NCBI GenBank assembly: GCA_041746255.1
Contig: JBGTHM010000115.1
Coordinates: forward strand, 1 to 64,000
Source of the DNA: Fibrobacteria bacterium
GTDB taxonomy: Bacteria; Fibrobacterota; Fibrobacteria; UBA11236
Direction of reading: 5' to 3'
Length of the DNA stretch: 64,000 nt
Of this stretch, positions 58,969 to 64,000 are shown piece by piece. Each line of letters begins with the position of its first letter. Position 1 is the stretch's first letter. Made by a program: the position numbers and the translations under genes. The notes under the pieces are model-generated. The model searched no databases. It was not told where the DNA came from and was given only the letters and a program-made list of their open reading frames with translations.

Positions 58969-59853
58969 ATGAAAAATATGAAGTCATTCATCACCACCAT
59001 CCAAGATCATGTGAAAAAAGGCATTTCTCCCGGGGAACGGGGAGCCGGGTTGCTTTCGGTAGTGACGGGCATGGGCGTCGTCGCCGCCATGGTACAAGGT
59101 TCCTTGTATTACCAGGCCAAAACCAGCAATGACTTCATCGCCGGCGAAGCCCATAAAACCTTGGCCCGCGAAATGGCCGAGGCCGGCATCGAAGCCAATA
59201 TCGCCGATATCGGGCTGGGAAACCTGACCATTACCGCCAACATGAACGGACATCCCTCTTACCGGAATGAACCGCTCGGCTCGGGAACCTATAGCACCGA
59301 CCTCTATGCCGTAAGCACCTCCGAATCCACCGATACGGTGGATGTGAAATCCACCGGACAATTCCGGGGAGGGGCTCATTCCATCTTCGCCCGGCTCAAG
59401 GTCAACAAATATCTGGACACGGTAAAAGTGGTGGATGCCGTTACGGTTCTGGTGCCAAGAGAAGTGACCACGACAACTTCCGTTCCCACCACGGTAACCA
59501 CCACGACGCAACTGTCGCCGGGCGACATGCCGGCCTTGGACCAGCAGCCCGCCTATGACGCCTGCATGGCTTCCGGAAACGTGCAATGCCAAATATGCCA
59601 CTTGCCGCTTGGAAATGTAGACAACCGAAGAGTTGTCGATGTCGCACGGCCGTCGGTTAAAACCCATATCGATCATCATGGAGATTATATCTCCACCGAC
59701 GGAACCTGTGACATGTACGATCCGGTGGAAACCATTACGACCACCTATGTTGAGGTTACGGAAACGGTAACCGTCATGGATGAAGTGATTACCGAAGCCG
59801 AAATCGAACAGATTCAAGAGCGTGCGCGCGTCCAGGTGCTATCCTGGAAATAA
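58969..59853 (+). CDS. PilX-like minor pilin with Cys/His-rich insertion
   Basis: ERG/AGLLSVV (no E5), A..MAEAGI and a C-terminal SW motif; CQICH...HIDHHGD; GGAGG RBS. Confidence 0.75.
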   Translation: MKNMKSFITTIQDHVKKGISPGERGAGLLSVVTGMGVVAAMVQGSLYYQAKTSNDFIAGEAHKTLAREMAEAGIEANIADIGLGNLTITANMNGHPSYRNEPLGSGTYSTDLYAVSTSESTDTVDVKSTGQFRGGAHSIFARLKVNKYLDTVKVVDAVTVLVPREVTTTTSVPTTVTTTTQLSPGDMPALDQQPAYDACMASGNVQCQICHLPLGNVDNRRVVDVARPSVKTHIDHHGDYISTDGTCDMYDPVETITTTYVEVTETVTVMDEVITEAEIEQIQERARVQVLSWK

Positions 59854-59875
59854 CCAGAAAGCGAAGAGGGGAATT

Positions 59876-60760
59876 ATGGAAAAGCTGAACTCATTCATTG
59901 CCCGTCTTGGATTTCGGCGCCGCACCCCGCGGCTGTCCGGAGAGTCGGGGGCCGGCTTGCTGTCGGTGGTTACCGGTATGGGGGTGGTGGCTGCCATGGT
60001 TCAGGGTTCCCTCTATTACCAGGCTAAAACCAGCCATGCCTTCATTGCCGGCGAGGCCAATAAAACCTTGGCTCGCGAAATGGCCGAGGCCGGCATCGAA
60101 GCCAATATCGCCGATATCGGAATCGGGTCGCTTTCCATTACTCCGAATATGGCCGGATACGCCACCTATCAAAATGAACCCCTTGGGGGCGGGGGGTTTA
60201 CCACTCTGCTTACCACGGTGGGTACTTCGGAAATCGCGGATACCGTCGATTTGAGTTCCACGGGGATGTTTCGAGGTGGAACCCACTCCATTTTCGCTCG
60301 CCTACGTGTGGGCAAGTATATCGATACCTCGGTGGTAATCAATATGAATACGGTGATTACGCCTCGGGATTCGGCATTTACCGAATTGGTACCGTCCGTC
60401 GTTACTACAACCACCCAAATGGACCCACATGACATGCCCCCACTTTCAGAGCAGCCTGCCTATGATGCCTGTATGGCTTCCGCCGCAGTTCAATGTCAAA
60501 TTTGCCATCTTCCCCCAGGAAATGTGGAGAATCGTCAAGTTATCGACGTCGCTAAGCCTTCTATCCGTACCCATATAGACCACCACGGGGATTATGTAAC
60601 TACGGACGGCTCATGCGATATGTATGACCCGGTGGAAACGACGACAACCATCTACAATACGGTAACCGGTACGGTAACGGTAATGGATACGACCTCCATT
60701 TTTGAAGAGGATTTGACGATTAGCGAACGGTCCCGCGTCAAAATCCTTTCCTGGAAATAA
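59876..60760 (+). CDS. PilX-like minor pilin paralog with Cys/His-rich insertion
   Basis: Close paralog of the previous gene with the same motifs. Confidence 0.75.
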   Translation: MEKLNSFIARLGFRRRTPRLSGESGAGLLSVVTGMGVVAAMVQGSLYYQAKTSHAFIAGEANKTLAREMAEAGIEANIADIGIGSLSITPNMAGYATYQNEPLGGGGFTTLLTTVGTSEIADTVDLSSTGMFRGGTHSIFARLRVGKYIDTSVVINMNTVITPRDSAFTELVPSVVTTTTQMDPHDMPPLSEQPAYDACMASAAVQCQICHLPPGNVENRQVIDVAKPSIRTHIDHHGDYVTTDGSCDMYDPVETTTTIYNTVTGTVTVMDTTSIFEEDLTISERSRVKILSWK

Positions 60761-60844
60761 GGCGGCGGCCGGAAAAGGAGAATTGCATTTTCCCCGGGCC
60801 GCCCATATAATCGGAGCAGACCCTATCCGGCATGGAAAGCCTTG

Positions 60845-61303
60845 ATGAAACCGACGGCGATACATAAAAAAGAGGAGCTGCTGGTCAAAATGCGGGGCCG
60901 TTTGGCCCGGCCCATGGCGCCCTCTCCTCCCAATGGAAAATCCCTTAAACGCAGAAAAGCCAAGGGTTCTTGGTTCTGGCCCATAACCGTTTTCGTCGCC
61001 CTCGTGCTGATCAGCGGCTTATGGGTCGGAAAGGACCTCCAGGGAAATACCGCTCCGGCCGCCCCGTCCCCCATCTCTCCCTTGCCCTCTCCCCCTCCGG
61101 AACTTTCGGTCAATGACCAGGCTTTTTATTGGGCTTATGCCCTTTATGATATGGAAAAATTCAGGGAAACTTTTGGCGCCCAAAGCCTGGTAGCCGTCAA
61201 CTCGCACCAGGCCAAGGAAAATTTGAAAACCCTGCTTCCGCAAACCACCGATCGCGTTCGCTATTTAATCGGGCGTTATCTTCCGCCAGGGGGACTACCT
61301 TGA
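60845..61303 (+). CDS. Bitopic membrane protein (paralog of 57237..57764)
   Basis: TM plus LSVNDQAFYWAYALYD, matching LSPNQQALYWTYALYD. Confidence 0.65.
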   Translation: MKPTAIHKKEELLVKMRGRLARPMAPSPPNGKSLKRRKAKGSWFWPITVFVALVLISGLWVGKDLQGNTAPAAPSPISPLPSPPPELSVNDQAFYWAYALYDMEKFRETFGAQSLVAVNSHQAKENLKTLLPQTTDRVRYLIGRYLPPGGLP

Positions 61304-61686
61304 CAAGAAATCAGGCCGGATTCAGCATGCTGGAAATCCTGGTATCCATCGTGGTTTTCAGTTTGATGTCCACTTCCATTTTTTATTTCCTGTCCACGCA
61401 AAACAAATTCAGCGCCAATAGCAACGACATGACGCGAGGGATCAGTTTGGGCAAACTGACCATGGATTCGCTGAAGGTGGTCGATTATGACGCGCTTACC
61501 GCGGGTTCAGATACGGTTGGGGAAAGGTTTATCCGCACTTGGAGCGTTTCGCCCCAAACCAACGAGGATAATACCCCGAAAGGCCGGAAATTACTGCAAG
61601 TGGTGGTCTTTTGGCCGCTGACGGCGGAACAAACCATGAGTTTTACCACCTTGGTAGGCGATGACGAATACAAGGAGGACCGCTAA
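61300..61686 (+). CDS. Minor type IV pilin (PilV-like paralog)
   Basis: QAG/FSMLEILV; similar to 57761..58147 over its full length. Confidence 0.85.
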   Translation: MTRNQAGFSMLEILVSIVVFSLMSTSIFYFLSTQNKFSANSNDMTRGISLGKLTMDSLKVVDYDALTAGSDTVGERFIRTWSVSPQTNEDNTPKGRKLLQVVVFWPLTAEQTMSFTTLVGDDEYKEDR

Positions 61687-62180
61687 CGGAGGATTTTCAA
61701 ATCGCTGACCCAGACGGTACGATTGCCATCGGTGGTTATCGACAAGGTATAATCCCCGTCTGATAGGAATTCCACCCGGTACCAGCTACCTTGGCCTATC
61801 AAATCATCATCGGAAGTCGGCATTTGCAGGAGATCGCCCGTCACATCCCGATAGCCGATTTTAAATATACCCACCGGAACTTTAAAGTTTTTCGACTGAT
61901 TTGCAGGGATGGATCCTAAGGTTTTGAACACCGGCGCGCCATGGATGTTTTGCACGTTTGCGGAGAAAAGCAGGAAAGTAAGCTCTCCCGGGTCTTGAGT
62001 CTTTTGATTGAGGATTTTCAAATTCGCTTCCTGAGTTCCGGCGGGCGGAGCGGGACTTTTGGATTCATCAATCTCGATGGCATCGCATCCGCACAGCGCG
62101 AAAACCAAGCATAACGGGAAAAACCAATTTATCAGGCGCTGCGAAGCCAAGTTTTTCGGAGCGAAGAATTTTATGGACAT
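61683..62180 (-). CDS. Hypothetical lipoprotein
   Basis: Lipobox LCG-C; AAGGAG RBS. Confidence 0.6.
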   Translation of the reverse strand: MSIKFFAPKNLASQRLINWFFPLCLVFALCGCDAIEIDESKSPAPPAGTQEANLKILNQKTQDPGELTFLLFSANVQNIHGAPVFKTLGSIPANQSKNFKVPVGIFKIGYRDVTGDLLQMPTSDDDLIGQGSWYRVEFLSDGDYTLSITTDGNRTVWVSDLKILR

Positions 62181-62225
62181 ATCAGTCTCCTTGAACCAGC
62201 CTATTTTACCATATTCCCACCCCGA

Positions 62226-63362
62226 TTATCCGGAATAAACCCTTTCCACCCGGTTTCCCAGCGAGCAGATGATATCGTAGGGATGGGTTTGCTTGATGCG
62301 CGCCCAATCCTCCATGGTAATTTCCTCCTTGCCGGAACGCCCGGCAATGACCACGGTATCGCCGACCCGCGACTTTGGACATTCCCCCAAATCGACGGTG
62401 ATATAATCCATGGACACCCGACCGATAATCGGGCAGCGTTTTCCACGTATCAGCACTCGCCCCGAATTGCTGGCGGCGAGGGGAATCCCATCGGCATATC
62501 CCGCCGGAATGGTACCGACCCAGGTATCGCGCATCAGTGTGTGAGTGCAGCCGTAGCCTATGGTAAAACCCGCGGGCAGCAGCCTTTTGGAGAGGAGCCG
62601 GGATTTGAGCGATAAGGAGGGCTTGAGGTGGTAGCGGCGGCATCCCTCCAAATCAAAAACACCGTAAAGATTGATGCCCGGCCTGACCATATCGAAATGG
62701 GTTTCCGGAAAATTATTGATGGCATCCGAATTGGCCAGATGCACCAGAGGGAATACAATACCCTGGGCTTCCAGTTCATGCAAGAGCCGAGAAAAAAGCG
62801 TGACCTGCTCCCGGGTTTTAGCATGTTGGGCATTGTTCGCATTGGCGAAATGGGTATAAAAGCCTTCGATTTCAAGCCCGGGAAGGCGAAGAATCTTGAG
62901 TATGACTGCGGAAGCTTCGAAGTGCGGTAGCCCCAAGCGCCCCATACCGGTGTCTACTTTGATATGCACTTTGGCTTTTTTCCCCTGGCGAACCGCCTCG
63001 GAGGAAAGCTTTTTGGCAATGGCCAAATCACCCACGGGGCAAATTATTCCAGCCCGGACACAATGCTCCGCCTCATCGGCCAGCAACCCCCCGATAATCT
63101 GTACCGGCTGCTTCACTTTACGCCGCAAAGCGATGGCCTCTTTCGCCTCCGCCACGCCGAACCGCGCGGGCGCTTCGCCGGCAAGCGCTGCCGCTATCCG
63201 GCCCGCGCCCAACCCATACGCGTCCGCCTTGAGAATGGGCATGACCAGGGCGGGCGCCACTGAGGCTCGGATACGCCGGAAATTTTCCCGGATGGCATCG
63301 AGGTCTATTTCCAACCAGACTCGCGATTGCACCGGGGGTGTGGAAAACCGGCTTTCCGGCAA
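62226..63362 (-). CDS. alr: Alanine racemase
   Basis: ILKADAYGLG, KVDTGMGRLG, VRPGI.LYG and GRVSMD motifs; TTG start at 63362 after an AGGAGG RBS. Confidence 0.95.
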   Translation of the reverse strand: MPESRFSTPPVQSRVWLEIDLDAIRENFRRIRASVAPALVMPILKADAYGLGAGRIAAALAGEAPARFGVAEAKEAIALRRKVKQPVQIIGGLLADEAEHCVRAGIICPVGDLAIAKKLSSEAVRQGKKAKVHIKVDTGMGRLGLPHFEASAVILKILRLPGLEIEGFYTHFANANNAQHAKTREQVTLFSRLLHELEAQGIVFPLVHLANSDAINNFPETHFDMVRPGINLYGVFDLEGCRRYHLKPSLSLKSRLLSKRLLPAGFTIGYGCTHTLMRDTWVGTIPAGYADGIPLAASNSGRVLIRGKRCPIIGRVSMDYITVDLGECPKSRVGDTVVIAGRSGKEEITMEDWARIKQTHPYDIICSLGNRVERVYSG

Positions 63363-63581
63363 GAAATCCTCCTGGAGTTGGGAATACCGTGCGAACGCTA
63401 GATATCTTAGGTAAATTAGTAATCTTGAAACCACCTCTATTTCGGGAAAGCTTACAGCTCTCTCGATTTATGGGAAGCGATGAATTATATTCCTGGAGGA
63501 GTTTCAACCACCGCCCTCAAGTCGGGTCATGAACCCGTAACGGTTTAATTGCAACTAAACATTAATGGGAAAAAATCCGTT

Positions 63582-64000
63582 ATGACGCTTCGCTCCGGAA
63601 CTAATCTATCGTTCGCTTGGGTGCTCTTGGCTCTTCTGGTTTCGGCCGGCGCCAAGGAAAAATTCGAGGAAAGGGATTTTTCCGGTCAAGGTTTTACCGG
63701 CCGCGATTTAAGCGGAATGGTATTCAAAGATTGCAATTTGGAAAACGCCCGCTTTAACCAGGCCATGGGTAATAAAATATCCTTCGAGGGCTCCAAAGGA
63801 TCCAAGATCAATTTCAATAGCGCACATTTCGGCCAAAGCTCGTTCCGCAACGTCGAATTCGGAGACGGCGAATTCCGGGGCGCCGATATCCGGGAAAGCG
63901 ATTTCAAAAACGCAGCGTTGCCTCGGGCTGATTTTCAGAGAGCGGTTTTGGCGGGTTCCAATTTCGGCGGCGCCGATCTCAAGGCCGCCAATTTCATCGG
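63582..64000 (+). CDS. Exported pentapeptide-repeat protein (runs off the right edge)
   Basis: Manual translation MTLRSGTNLSFAWVLLALLVSAGA-KEKFEERDFSGQGFTGRDLSG...ADFQRAVLAGSNFGGADLKAANF shows a signal peptide and A(D/N)Lxx repeats. Confidence 0.8.
   Translation, partial: MTLRSGTNLSFAWVLLALLVSAGAKEKFEERDFSGQGFTGRDLSGMVFKDCNLENARFNQAMGNKISFEGSKGSKINFNSAHFGQSSFRNVEFGDGEFRGADIRESDFKNAALPRADFQRAVLAGSNFGGADLKAANFI

Noticed and set aside
60764..60803. GC hairpin after the second pilX-like gene
   Set aside because: Imperfect and lacks a U-tract, so not called as a terminator.

Overview
Gene-dense chromosomal window from a Gram-negative bacterium. A Fibrobacterota-like organism is my inference from the envelope gene content and a C-terminal sorting-like tail; this is not proven. 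Recognisable housekeeping genes: mreBCD-mrdA (mrdA cut by the left edge), oppABC, psd, tRNA-Leu(GAG), secG, tpiA-pgk-gap, ilvD, an aspartate-type aminotransferase, yraN, a Sua5/YciO protein, cutA, thpR, mnmG, an EVE protein, cmoAB and alr. I saw no CRISPR array, integrase or transposase. The most interesting parts are envelope systems. (1) An Agl/Glt-like motor cluster next to mreB: ExbB/TolQ, two ExbD/TolR proteins, a TonB-C protein, a 1221-aa TPR protein, a barrel-TPR fusion and a beta-helix-OmpA protein. (2) A highly diverged, orphan TssB-TssC-like sheath fusion coupled to an FHA/lytic-transglycosylase gene. (3) A partly duplicated minor type IV pilin cluster whose two PilX-like proteins carry a Cys/His knob (CQICH...HIDHHGD...C) between Thr-rich segments. 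(4) An active/inactive pair of membrane C39-like peptidases upstream of an ABC exporter, preceded by an unannotated 42-codon hydrophobic ORF with a structured leader. (5) A catalytically dead patatin-barrel protein, an EndoIII-type Fe-S-motif protein and a 200-bp nested hairpin element. All family calls come from reading motifs by eye; no database search was run.
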